From Lama glama (taxonomy: Eukaryota): a DNA stretch of 64,000 nt. Of this stretch, positions 1 through 12,929 are shown piece by piece (within the stretch, counting starts at the first letter, position 1; every line of letters begins with the position of its first letter). The stretch covers positions 50,594,001-50,658,000 of the forward strand of contig CM052817.1 in NCBI GenBank assembly GCA_028534125.1, read 5' to 3'. The position numbers and the translations under genes are program-made. The notes under the pieces were generated by a model that saw only the letters and a program-made list of their open reading frames with translations, did no database searches and was not told where the DNA came from.

Positions 1-964
1 GTACTGGAATACACTGTTAAGCATCCGGTTACTTTTGAGATTATGGCTTAACTGGGCAGAACAAGTATTTTCTTCTATCCAATCCACTGATTATCTACAA
101 AAGAATTGTTTCATCATTCTGGTCACCATCCATCCTACGAGTGGTTTTGCATTCAAATGGTGATACTTCCTCATTAGTGTGGAGTCATTTGAGACTGAAA
201 TTGCAGGTGGAGAGGTGTCTGTGTGGCATTAAATGTTGACAGATAGTTTCCCTGTAATGGGAAAGTGGAGTGAAGACTGTGTGCTGCCAAGTGAATTGGA
301 AATGCAGATATTGAATCATTAATGGTTTAAAAAATAAAGCGTCTGATTCATCTAATTTTAGGAAATGTGCACTTTATGGACATCAGAATCTCATACTCTT
401 TGAAAACATTTCAGGTAAACTCTGGATCTTGTCTAACAAAGAACTGTTTAAGGCTTTGAAATTTTTTATTTGTTTGTTTTTGGTCTTAATATTAGAAGCA
501 TTGCAAATTAGTAGCATCAATGCCTGAGCACATTAGCTAAATATGTTCCAACTCTTCTCAGACCCTGTATGTGTGAAAGAGTTCTAGAATGCTTTCATAT
601 AGATTGTGTGGCCTAACTGTATGCAACTTAGTATACATTTAGTAACATGGGCTTGAAAACAACATCTCTACTTGTATTCAGAATTAAGGCCTGGTTTCTA
701 ATTATTCCAAGCTATCGAGGGAAGTTTGCCCATGGGTTATTTTAAAGCAGCTCTATCCCTGTCTTCCACAATTTGATGAATAACAGAGACACTAGATATG
801 CTTCAAGAAAGTAGCAATACTCAATGCCTATAGTCATTTTTCCTATTACAGTTGTTTATATGCACACCTTACTCCTACTTAGGTTTTAATATATTCCGTA
901 CTCCATAATATACTTCATTTATCCTAACTCCATTCTGGAATACCTGACACAGTGCCACAGAAAG

Positions 965-1150
965 AATATTGACATGGGGATCAGGATGTCTGTATTTGAA
1001 TTCTAGATTTATCACTTTCTGGTTGTATAAACTTGAGAGACCCATTCAACCTCTCCAGTGCAATTTTATTATCCCTAAATTGAAGTTCCACACACTTATA
1101 AAAAATTAAAGAAGAGAGTTTATAGAAGAGTATCAGCATCATAAGTACAA
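965..1150 (+). mobile_element. MIR SINE, decayed
   Basis: Resembles the MIR core (tttgaattctagatttatcactttctggttgtataaacttgagagacccattcaacctctc). Confidence 0.55.
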
Positions 1151-2094
1151 TATGCAGCACAAATTAAAGATACCGGCATTATTACTGACACAAAGAGGAC
1201 AGTAACTACCTGATAAATTACATGTGGCTCCCAGGGGTCAGTGGAGCTCTGCAGATTGTTAAGTCTCCGCTGACTTGACCATTTTCAACACTGAGGCTAA
1301 AATATGTAATGTCACTGCAACTTGATTATAGTGTTATATGGGCCCTACTTATTTTGACACTCTGGTAAATGGCAGTTCTATTTAAACTGGGGGAGACTGT
1401 CAGAGAACAAAGCCAGTTCTGTGCCTACAGCAACTCCCAACAATGAATTAATGGTCTATCTATAGTACTAGCACGCAGTCTATTTAAATTGGATAGATGA
1501 CTCCTTTTCCTGAAACCCATCTGCAGCAGTGTATAAAGGAATGTAATTTGACTGAATAACATAAATCTCCCTCTGCTGAGATCCTTTGTTCAAGTCAGTT
1601 GGTTTTTCTGCTTGAGGCTGGCTGGTAGACAACTCAATCTATCACTCATGTTTATTCATATCTTAATGCTATCTATATGCTTACTTTAAAATCTCAGGGT
1701 GAAAGTGGATCCTTGATACCGTACATTCCTGTAACGAAAGAAATAATTCATTTGCTATGGTCATTTCTACCATGAGGCTTCTAGAAAAATTTTGCCAGGA
1801 TTATGGGTTTCTCAATGGCAGCACCACTCAATTAAGACCAAACACACTTTTGGTTTGTTTGTATATTTTGAAATGAACACACAACTTCCTACCAACACAA
1901 AACTTACTACTTTCACCACACAAGAAATCCAGTGGTACTTCCAAACTGAATTTCTTATAACTCTTTATATGGAGTAAGAAACTACATAGAAACTGTATAT
2001 TAAAAATCTATCTATTTCCTTCTTGGTTTATGACTTTCCATATCCTGAGTATCCATCCGTGAAACAGAATAGCTGAGGCAGGTTGCATAAGGGT

Positions 2095-2270
2095 ATCATG
2101 ATGTGGCTTAATAACTCAATTTCCAATCTCAGATAAGCTGCTCACTAGATGTGGGCCTGTTTCAAGCTATGCAATATTTCTGTTTCTCACTTTCTTCATC
2201 AGTAGGCTAATGGATGCTGAAGCTTAAATGAACTAAAGTATGTTAACCACCTTGCATATAGTAGGCTAAT
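2095..2270 (+). mobile_element. MIR SINE, decayed
   Basis: ctgctcactagatgtgggcc...tctgtttctcactttcttcatc...ttaaatgaactaaagtatgt follows the MIR core and 3' part. Confidence 0.55.
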
Positions 2271-4525
2271 TAACTAATTAAATTTATTTTCACAAACTTA
2301 GTCTGTGGACATCATTATAAAGGAAAAAGTTTGGAGTGCTTTTGAGTTTCAGAGAGAAGGCAATTATTTTAAGAGGAAATTATTACAGATGGTTAATAGA
2401 CATGAAGGGTGTAGTTCCCTAAAGTAAAATTTGATCTAAGTATTTATTTTATGTAAGAATCTTAATATTGAAGTCTAATATGTAAGCTTGCACCTTAATT
2501 TGATAATCTAAAAAATGGCCATATTTAACATCAGAATTATCTAAATGTTCTGTTTCCCTAACTTAAGTTCATAGATAATTGTTAGACATTCCTTAGTATG
2601 ATACTACATATCTTTTAATATTGGTGGGTTTATCAGATGGGGGCTTTCTGCGAATACTCATGGACAAACTGGAGGAGTCAAAATCAAGAATATTTTCTTC
2701 ACATATACAATTACTTTACAATTTTTATGTATATCTGAAATGATATGTTTCTGTTATCTCTTGGTTTTCTAAAAAGATAATTCCTTGGCTCAAATGGGAA
2801 GACCACTAAAAGCCAGAAAGCAATACAAACATAATGAACATGCTCTATTTACCCAACAAAAAAAGCAAAAGGAAGATATGATTGGCAATTATCAAACTGG
2901 AAAGCTAGAGACATTCTGAAAGTTTTTTAGCGGTATAGTGGGACTATTTCTAAGAGGCACTCAGGAATCACTAAGTGATTTTTAGTCAACTTAAATCTCT
3001 TGCTCAGGTGGAGATGATGTGAATCACCAATTTACTTGTCTGCTAATTATTCTTAATTCACTCCATCCCTCAACTCCAATCATTACTAAAACACAGAAAG
3101 TAGAATTAATTCCTAATCGTTCTGCACATAGAAGTATCACCCAAGGACTGTTTCATTTGCCATCTTTTCAACTTCTCAAGTTTTCTGGATTGGATATATT
3201 TGCCTGGCTTAGTGGAGAGAAGTAAATTGAAACTGTTGGGGAATATTTATCAGAAAGTGCTACAGGGAAAAAGACTAGTTGACTGGGATCTTAATGCAAG
3301 AAGCAAAGGATAACAGAAATGTCCTTTAATTGTCCAGGACAACATGATGAATTATGATGACAGAGTCCACATAGAATGGTTCTTCTTCTTCTTTAACCCT
3401 TGTCTTCTGGAATATGCTATTTTAGATGAGCTTGCAGCACTGCCATGTATCATATTAATGCCTTTGCATTTCCAATGATTGTGTTGGCCAGACATCAGTT
3501 TCAAAACCAATTTTGTATTCATCACTCATCTCAATAGGAAACAATAGAATACATCACTTCAGTTTTAGTAACTGAAAGATACAGAAGTAACAGGAATTGG
3601 TTGGCATCTTTTTTTTTCTTTTAATATTGAATGATGTGAATAAGGAAAGTTAGTACAGAAAAAGAAAACAAATCAAGAGTTGCTCATTGTTCAGTGATCT
3701 GTTAGTGGTTTGTATATTCCAAAAGTAAAGCTTTAGAGTCACTTAAATAATTGAATAACAGGTGACAATTCTGTCATTAAAGGCAATTTACTTCATACTA
3801 TCTTTACATGTGAAATCATATAACATGGGGAATTAGATACTGTGAACAGAATAGGGTTGCAACAAAAAAAACTAGGCACAATGAAAATCTATTATTTTTT
3901 TGGAGAGGTGTGCTTTTAAAGTATTCAGTTCACAAGGAAAACTGCAACAACAAAAATCTAAAGAGGTGGGCATGTCCAGAGAAATACAGTACCTGAGATC
4001 TGCTTAGATGGAGCAGAAGCCACTGGAAGCCATAGTAGGACTACTTCACTAGTAATTTGAATGGATTGCTGCTGGAGGCTGAGCAGGAACCAGTAAGAGT
4101 GAGAAACTCCTGGGGGCTGAAATCACAAGGGTCTCCATGTTTTCATGGACTTTCTCTTCGGAGACTCCATGAGGTTCTCAGAATGAAGATCCAAGAAAGG
4201 TGCCCTCAAAGACTTGGCAGAGGGTGGAGTGAGGCGGGAGGAAGAGTAGCCAAGATTCTCCCAGATTTTTCTCCACAACAAAGACTTACTCTCCAGAGAG
4301 AAAGGCTTCCCACTGGGCAATGTTGGAACATTTTCCTCTCTGGGCTCCTCCAGTCTTCTTGTCATACCTAAGGGATGGGGAGGGGTCGGGGGACAAAAAC
4401 CTAGTTGCCAGGAGGCAGGGATTCAATGTCATAGACTGGGACCACTATCCAGGGAAGGGAGTAAATAATATGAAAGGAAAAAATAGATATACACTCCTGG
4501 ATGAGGGACGGAAACGCTTGTGAAG

Positions 4526-5482
4526 TGTTGATACCAAGCAGGACCCTGTGGGGTCCTCCCTAGTACAAATCTTTCCATGTGCCCCATTTCTTGCATGTAG
4601 GAAATAGGTTTCATTCATTGACCTTCCCTGAGTTTCAAAGAGCAGATTCAAACAGTTGCTAATGAGGGAAGGGAGGGAATGCAGAAACAAGGGAGGAACA
4701 ATCAAGAAACAATAGTGCTGCCTTGAGGCAGCATCCAGGTGTGCCCCATTTCTTGCATGAAGGAAATAGGTTTCCTTAAGTCTCCTTGACCTTCCCTGAG
4801 TTCCAAAGAGCAGATTCAAACAGTTGCTAATCAGGGCAGGGAGGGAATGCAGAAACAAGGGAGGAACAATCAAGAAACACTAGTGCTGCCTTGAGGCAGC
4901 ATCCAGGTTACTGAGGCTGTTGCCCCCAGGGTTATACCCTTGCCCTTCCCTCGAATAGAAACCAGTTACTCTTATCTAAGTCTCAGGAGGCAAAGAAAAG
5001 AAACAAGACCTGATTAGAACCTGTGAAGCTCAAGACAGTGGAGAATTTGACATCCAGTGGACCTTGAGCCTCATTATACAGTCATTATAGTGGATTAGCA
5101 TGCTAAGTGACACATCCACCAGGGCCATGACCTTTGACAATTGCCATGACAGCAACTGGAAAAGCCCACGTACAAAAACAGAAAAGAAAGGCAATTGGCT
5201 TCAGCACACCCAGAGTGAGGACACGATGGCAGAAGCCTCCCATAAACGTCCACATGGCCCGAGCCACAGCTAGAGCTGTCTCCACTGGCCATCTTGGTGA
5301 CAGTTCCCTGCTTGAGCACTTTATCCTCACTCGAGCACTTTCTTTCCTTTTCCTCTTCTGAGCAGTAAAGCAGCTGTTCACCTTGTCCCTCTGCCCCTGC
5401 TGCATGAATTTGTTAACAGCTGGCAGCAAGGACCCACACTTTGTTAGGCCTCCTAACCTAGGGGCCCCTCTATCTGCTAACA
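4526..5482 (+). mobile_element. ERV1-type solo LTR, MER41-like core
   Basis: Ends are TGTTG...CTAACA. The segment attagcatgctaagtgacacatccaccagggccatgacc...gccatgacagcaac resembles the MER41 core. CATAAA lies at 5241 and AGTAAA at 5364. Flanks are gtgaag (4520-4525) and gtgaaa (5483-5488). Confidence 0.85.
4579..4908 (+). repeat. Tandem duplication inside the LTR (162 bp + 168 bp)
   Basis: gtgccccatttcttgcatg...gcagcatccaggt occurs at 4579-4740 and again at 4741-4908, with a few substitutions and one indel patch. Confidence 0.95.
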
Positions 5483-5815
5483 GTGAAACACCCCCAAGAC
5501 ACAGGCCTATTAAAAGACTGAAACTTAATGGCAAGTTTATGAGTGCCTTTCCTCCACTACACCCTACCACCGCACCAGGAAGCCTTAGGCCTTATATCAG
5601 TGGGTCTTAGCCTAAAGAGCTTCAAGATACAGATTCTCTGAGCAACAGTCCTAAAGGTCCTCCCGAAGCCAAGAGAGGAGACAAAAAGGACATCGAGGAA
5701 TTTGAAACTTCTGGTACCTGCAACTACAGCAATCACTAAACACAGCCCAACTCCAGATCCTCTCACTATAGGCATATTTACCTCAGTATAGTTTACCGTC
5801 TACAGCAGGTACTAC

Positions 5816-6453
5816 TGTTGGCAGTGGATGTAACCGGTGTTCCAGGTTCTTGTCCCATCCCAGAGAGAATTCAGAGACAAGACACGGAGGTTAAAAAAGT
5901 AAAATGAGGATTTATTAAGGGATGGATAGTAAACTCTTAAGAGGAGAGCGGGCAGGCTCAAGTGAGCCACTGCCCTGAGTTTCTTTAGCAAGTTGGTTAC
6001 ATAGGATGGTACTCATTAGGGAGGAAAGGGTCTGGGGTTGTGTTCCCTGATTTTCATCCTAACTCCACCTTTCCAAAGGGAGGGATTTTTGTCCTTAGTT
6101 AGTCTGGATTGGAAGTGTTACGGTGTCCATGCATGATGGGTACTTCTAAGCTGCAAGGCTAACTGTATTGTAATGAGGGCATAATGAGCAAAAGGTTACA
6201 TTGGAACACTGGAGATTCCTACCTTTTCCCACCTTTCTTTGTTTGCCTCTGGACTGATTTTAACCCCCAAAGGTGTGACCACTTATCAGCGTAGAGGTTC
6301 CTGCTTTTTCTTTCTCTGCCCAGCAACTCCTGGTGCTTACATGATGAATGGTTTCCTGCATTTGGCCTGTGCCCCTCCTTTCTACCCAGTTTCTGCCATT
6401 TGGTCTATCTCCCCCTTTCTCTGCTCATATCTAGCTATCTGCCTGCTCTACCA
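5816..6453 (-). mobile_element. ERV1-type solo LTR (638 bp)
   Basis: TG...CA ends with a perfect 4-bp TSD, CTAC (5812-5815 and 6454-6457). AATAAA on the minus strand at 5911-5916. Confidence 0.88.
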
Positions 6454-7624
6454 CTACTTTCACCAAAATGATAGAACGGATGCCAAAAGCAAGAAAAAAA
6501 ATACAGTCTGAAGAGACAAAGGACACATAAGAACCCGACTTAGGTATGACACAGATGTTGAAATGATCAGATAAGAAAATTAAAATAACTTGGATTAGTC
6601 TGATAAGGGTTCTCATGCAAAAAATAGAAAACATACAATGCCAAAAGGCAAGATCGTCAGAAACATGGAAACTATGCAAGTACAATCAAGAGAAAAAGTT
6701 AGAAATGAAAACCACAGTAACAAAAATAAAGCATGCCTTTGGTGGGCTCATTAGATGACTCAACAGAACCAATGAAAGAATCAGTGAACTTGAAACTAGG
6801 TCAATAGTAATTTCCCAAACTCAAATGTGAAGAGAGAGAGAAAAAAAAACCCCTGTGAGGAGATATCAAAATGTGTAGCATATTTATAATTGGAATACCA
6901 CAGGAGAAGAGAGAAGGGGACAAAAGAAATATTTGAAGAAACAGAACTTTCTAGAAGTAATGACAGACACCAAATGAGAGAGTCAAGATGTTTGGACAAC
7001 ACCTCCCCCCCAAAAAAGAGACAAAATAACAAGAAAACAAAAGTAACAGATAAAAACGCACACCTCCACACATACTCCTAGGCATGTCATATTCAAGCTA
7101 CATAAAACCAAAGACAAAGAAAATCTGGAAGGAAACCAAATAAAACACCTTATCTACAGAGGAACAGGGTAAGAATTCTGACTTTCATCATAAACCTTGA
7201 AAGCAGGACAAACAGAGTCAATGGGATAGGGGACTAGCCAATGCCAACAAAAACAAACCAAAGCCTTATTTAATGAAAAAGTCACATGTTGCTGTTGATC
7301 TAGTGTTCTTTTAACTTCTAAAAGATTGCTATAATACTGTAAGATAATACTCATATAAAACTAACCATTTAGATGTGTATGAACTGGAAAATGTCAAGAA
7401 AATTTTCATTTACTTTTTGTAACATCACATAAAATGTATATTTGCCTAGCATATTGTATTTATAAAATATTTTTCCTCATATTTTATTTTATTAATTTAG
7501 GGAACACCTATTAGGAAATATAATTCCCTTTGTCAGTCTTTATCCCTTTGATGCTGTGCCACCCAAACCTGAGTATGAGAGTGTTAGGACTCGCAAAGAC
7601 ATAGAGGAAAGAGTACATTTTCTT

Positions 7625-7790
7625 GTGATGCTAGACTGTTTATAGAGCTGTGATATGCATCATCTCATTGATTCAACCCAACAACTCCCCATGCAGCCAT
7701 TATTATAATCCTCATTTTCTACATTTAGAATTTATGTAACTTACTCAAAATTACAACTATATTGGGACTGGAATTCAAATTCAGAATTTT
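7625..7790 (-). mobile_element. MIR SINE
   Basis: catcatctcattgattc...attataatcctcatttt...taacttactcaaaattaca...gggactggaattcaaattcag is antisense MIR. Confidence 0.65.
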
Positions 7791-9269
7791 CAGGGACAAA
7801 GAGTTGATTATGAAGAAGTCATACGGTCAAGGCTCTAAAAATATTAATTATCTGAACTAAATATTGATTGGTGCAACTTTATCAGACTTTTTGATAGATT
7901 TTCCACATCTGAAAACCATAGCATCAATAGTTGAATCTCTACAGCTTGGAATGGCTTTTGTTTTTTGGATGGCTTTCTTAATGTAGATGTTCTTGTGAGA
8001 ATACAACTGGCTATCTCTTTGTTATCTGCTCTCCATAGAAAGCACTTCTCAGGAGATAGAACAGAGACATTATCTGGGAAATACTACTTTGCAATAAATG
8101 AATTCAGCAGTTACTATCAGAGTAGTATTTTTGAACAAGAATATAATAATGCTTTAATCACCAATGACTATGAGAGTTAAAAGGAAGTTAGAGATTCAGG
8201 AGAAAACCAGATATGAGATGTTAAATTTGATAATGACATACTTTTTCTTTTTAAATGAATAGTTGATGTATTAAGAGGCAATAATAAAATCACTATCAAA
8301 GAAAGTCAAGGAAGATTAAATTGGTTCTTAAAGTGTTTTGTTGTTTTGCACTTAGAAAATGTGTTTTAAGGAAGGAGAACAGAAAGAGTATACCAGATGA
8401 CCATCATGTGATGGAACCCACAGCCTAGCTGTGGATAAAGAAATAAGCTACACAGTTGCAATGCTTTTCTGGAAGAAATAATATACTCAGTTTAACACTT
8501 TCCTGAGGAAATGTAATGATAAGGTGGATATTCAGAGAAAACGACTTCTTGAAAATGCCTAGGGATTGTAATTCATTAAAAACAAAGGAAGAGAATCACA
8601 TCCAACCACTTGTAGCCCTTCAAAGAACTTAACCCCAACGGTTTCCAGTTGCTTTAGTTGCAGAGAAAGCCTTCTTTTGAGGAGGGGAGAGAACTGGAGT
8701 TGTGGCCAAGGAACAGACAGCTGTCAAGTTTCCCAACACACTTTTGTGTGTAGATCTAACATTTTCGAAGTAGGCATTAGTTATTTCAGCCCACTCAAGA
8801 AAAAAATGAGTTGGTTGTATATATACATCAATGTCTTTCATGTTCAAATGTTTTTCTTCTGAATATAAAAATCAATATGTGAAAATATAAAAGGCTGCTT
8901 CTCTTTTATGACAAAAGTCAGGATGATTTAGTAAACTAGGAAAAATATCAGTCAAGTTAAAAGGTAGAGTGTAGCCATAGGTTAGGTTACATAGAGCTGA
9001 AATTATTAGCTGGGTTTTATGTGGTAGGAAAGAAAGCACGCTTGGAATTTGCTGTTCTCAAAGGAAACAGACAAAATGTAATAATAATATTGGAAAAAGT
9101 TCGAAGAAATATATGGAAAGAGTATAACTACATAAATACATTATATAAGTTTTAGTCTATGTGTAACTAAAGGGACCATGAGAATATATCTAAAATCTCC
9201 CATCCAAAGGAACAGTAGTTTTTTTTTATTTGAAAAAGCTATTCTCATGGTTTTTATGAACATACATAA

Positions 9270-9485
9270 TTAACATTTGCATAATGCTAAAGATTTAATT
9301 CACAGTGTCCTTCTAAATTCTATCTCATTTAATCTTTACAGTAATTCCAGAAGGCAGAAATAAAGAACCTTCATGGCTCAGAGATGTTACTTAACTTCCT
9401 CAAGGTGACACAGCAGATAAAGAACGGAATTGAGATTTGATCTTAGGTTTTTGGTTTGATACCCATTCTGCATCTTTCACTGTGA
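9270..9485 (-). mobile_element. MIR SINE
   Basis: tatctcatttaatctttaca...ggctcagagatgttacttaacttcctcaaggtgacacagc is antisense MIR. Confidence 0.65.
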
Positions 9486-11272
9486 TACTTTTAATGCCTA
9501 ATGGCTTTGTGTTATATACAGATTAGTTAAATTTAGTCCATGATAGGAGGCCACTGACAAATCTTTTTCATCTATTTTTCAACCTAATCCCTTTTTAAAA
9601 AATGTACTAACTCTGCTTTAGTTGCTTTGTTTTACTTTTTACTATCTTATAATCATTCCCTGACTCCATTAACTAATGGCAGACTTAAAGTTGTTACTAA
9701 TAGGTCAATGGGAGAGTCATTCTCAGTTTTCTTCAGATTCTTCTCCCATATTACTTGAAGAGAAAGAGCATATCTGTATGTTCCTATTGCTTTAAGCATG
9801 GAGCAGTCTAGCTCTATACAGAAAAAATAAACAAAGACAGTAGACTATTGCTGCATGTCTTCATACAAATCCTATTCATAGTTTGAAAATATACTTTTCA
9901 AAAATGTAAAATCATGACTCATAAAACTTATATTTAACACATTAGAACATTGTAAACATTTTAACTATTAAACCTAAAACTCCTATAAAATATAAAATTA
10001 GCATATGCCAAAGATTTTATTCAACTTAATTAATGGGGAAACTAGTAAGATGTTAAAACCTGTTCAAATTTGAATTTTAATATGGATATTTATATTCTCT
10101 ACCAGAGTAAATTTATTTGTGTTGCTGGAAACAAAAATCATTTGCATTACTGTGGACAGGAAAATAGTCTAGTCAATAGAAATTCAGTTAAAGTTGTACA
10201 TCATTTAAAGTTAGATAAGACCCAGCGAGGGTCCACTGAAAAATGCCAGCACTCTTAACCCACTAAACTCTTACTCATTTCCAAGTCTTGAACAGTAGAA
10301 TAAAAACCACTACTCAACTTTTCATGTTAAGCAACTGCATTTAGATGCTCTCCAAGAATCAATAGGTATTTGGTCTATATTTGCATAATCATATGATATA
10401 CTACTATATGTGCTTTTTTTCCCCTGAGAGCACAAAGGAATCCATTGCAAAGGCAATTTCAGTACTGAAGCATCTTAGGAAGCAAACATTGGTTGCAGTT
10501 TTAAATGATAGTTGTATTTTTTTAAACTATTTTGAGAAATCTTATCACCCATTCTTAACCAAAACAGTGGATTTTAATCAGTATACTCTGAAAGAAACTG
10601 AGATGATTTCTTTTCTTTTTTGAAATCATCAATAGACCATAGGTGATGTTTACTGTCAATGGAAGTAGAGCATAAAACATAGATTGACTTACATCATATT
10701 TCTATAACCTAGTTCCATCCTTTCTATTATCAATAATATCTGCTATAAGCAATGAAATAAAAAAACTTAACTGCTTATAAATATAAGATAAAAGATACCA
10801 TCCCTCTGATTATGTGGAAATATACATAGAAAACTGTAATTTTTGTTAAATTAGAAACTAAACTAATTGAAGATTAATCTTTTTCTTTTGCCTCATAAAA
10901 TTTTAGTTTTTAAAAAGGTAATTACTCAGCAACTTGTTTAAAGCCATTATTAGTAAATTGTGATAGGCAATATATTTCTTTAATATTCTTTCCACATTTT
11001 AGAGGTACTTAATTTTGTTGTTTGTTTTACATTTTTATTTCAGCAGGATGTTATTAACTATAAGTCAGTGATTTATCATCAGTGCATGATTTTCATTCTC
11101 TCTGAACACTACATAGTATAATCATTCCTAGCTCTGCTCACATGAGAGTATGTCTTTATGACTATTGCAGATGAAAATACTATTTAAGACTATTTCAGAC
11201 CATGTCTCTGTGTATAATTCAGAGTTAAATTCTATAAACGTATATATTTGTGTGTATGTATGTATATGAAAT

Positions 11273-11804
11273 CAGTTAAATCTTATTATTTGTGGTGGTT
11301 ACATTCTGTAAAGTTGCTACAAACACTGAATTAGCAAATGCTAAACTGTTGCCCCTAGGGAAAGTGTGTGTGATATCTCACATAGATTATGATCTTAAAT
11401 ACTAAAATAACTTATTCTGGTAGATTCCATTTTCTTTATTTTACAAAAGAGAAAATGAGGTTCAAAAGTAAGTGGCCATATTACCTGAGACTGCCCCACT
11501 AGCAGGTACTAGAGTTGGGATTCAGACCCATCCAGCTGGCCCCAGAGCCAGAGACTCTTGCACTCCACTCGCTGCACCTACTGTCCAGATCCTATGGTCA
11601 TCTCTGTACTAGAGAGAAACAAGGCAGAGTCATCCTTGTTGCATCTCAGCTGGGAATATGTATATCAGGCACCTCAAATTGTTTGGTTCTGAACATGTTC
11701 AGGTATAACTGAAAATGCTGAGTATTGATTTGGCGTTTCCTAACAAATTTTAGTAAGTTGACAAATTCACAAAATCAGTATCCACAAATAATGAGGATCC
11801 ACTA
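11273..11804 (+). mobile_element. MER82 (TcMar-Tigger non-autonomous DNA transposon)
   Basis: Decayed terminal inverted repeats cagttaaatcttattatttgtgg and ccacaaataatgaggatccacta, with the characteristic aacactgaattagcaaat...cctaggg and an internal MIR-like segment. Confidence 0.8.
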
Positions 11805-12929
11805 AATATATGCAAATTTGGTTTATTTAAATTATCTGTACTGTGAACTGGACATTTTCATGCAGACACAATTTCATTTGGTTCAATTCTATATGGCCTT
11901 TTATAATGAATATTCACAATTGTTTTATGAAGCATGAAGAATCTATCTGATTGCATCGCTCCTGCTTCCAGAGACTTGATTTCAGCTCTTTTCTTAATTA
12001 CACTTTTAAAAAGATATTCATTTGTTAAATCTAGCATCCAGAATTATATACAAAGCCCATTTAGTGAATCAGAATTTTAGTCATTTCTTTACCCTCTCAT
12101 TAATTTGCAGTATGGTATTTGATAATTCTTATTAAGTTATCCCATTATTTATATAAATTACCAGAATAAAAATAATTGCAAAGCACTTAGAAATGCATTA
12201 AGTGTAAGTTATTGCTTCATACGATAGTTTTCTTTTATACCATAAAATATAGATATTTTAAATTTTATTGAAATCAGGAAAAAGATGTCTTAAGCTTTGT
12301 TTTAGATTTCCTGTCACACTTTCTTGGGAATTTCAAAATAAGAAGTGGATTCTCAAATTTCTGTATATAGGTGTATAGTAATATGGAAAATATGTATATA
12401 TATACATGTATTTTATATCAAATAATCCATTATTATTTCCAGATAGGAGCTTAATATGTAGAATGACCTTTCCATTTTAAAAATTTGCTGTTATTTTGCC
12501 ATATTTCATGTGGGAATAAAGCAAAAGATCTGACATGTTTAATAGCACATTTCAACTAAGTACAAAAATTAATTTGAAATATTTTGTCCTCCCAAAGCTG
12601 ACTGGTTTTTTGGGTTGTTGAAATGAGACTAGACTAATCTTTTTAAGGTATTCTCCCTCTCTTTTGCCTTACATACTATTATTTTTTTCCAAGTCTTTTC
12701 ATTAAGTTTTCAGGATTGCCAGTACTGCAGAACAAAGGGCTAAACTGAGAAGAAAATTAGTGAAGTGGTAAAAAATGCTATTTTACTAGCCATGGGCATG
12801 TTACATTTGTCTAACAAAATTATCATGATATCCTGTCATGTGTATATGTTTAGCATTATAGAACATATATAAACAATAACTTTCAATGACCAAATAAATT
12901 TCAGATACTAGCATTCTAATTTTAGTAGG

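Larger units (their letters stand above)
3930..7240 (+). mobile_element. Old L1 5' end (L1MC/L1MD-like 5'UTR plus decayed ORF1), interrupted by two LTRs
   Basis: The 5'UTR-like text gctggaggctgag...gaaactcctggggg is followed by ORF1-start-like text aaaatacagtctgaagagacaaagg...tatgacacagatgttgaaatgatcag and A-rich ORF1 sequence at 6460-7200. The sequence reads through once 4526-5482 and 5816-6453 are removed. Confidence 0.75.

Noticed and set aside
3340..3420. snoRNA C-box words (atgatga twice)
   Set aside because: No properly placed D box or terminal stem.
3968..3977. p53 motif GGGCATGTCC
   Set aside because: It is a single half-site with no adjacent second half-site.
4445..4873. 142-aa ORF with an internal repeat
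   Set aside because: It is the antisense translation of the LTR tandem duplication.
5419..5440. tggcagcaagg as a tRNA-Leu primer-binding site after an LTR ending at 5418
   Set aside because: The match is short, the sequence continues as typical U5 to ctaaca at 5482, and no internal ERV sequence follows.
5103..5570. 155-aa ORF
   Set aside because: It is antisense to the LTR, crosses the LTR/L1 boundary and has no recognisable motif.
4526..6453. The two LTRs as the ends of one provirus
   Set aside because: They have opposite orientation, different sequences and separate TSDs.
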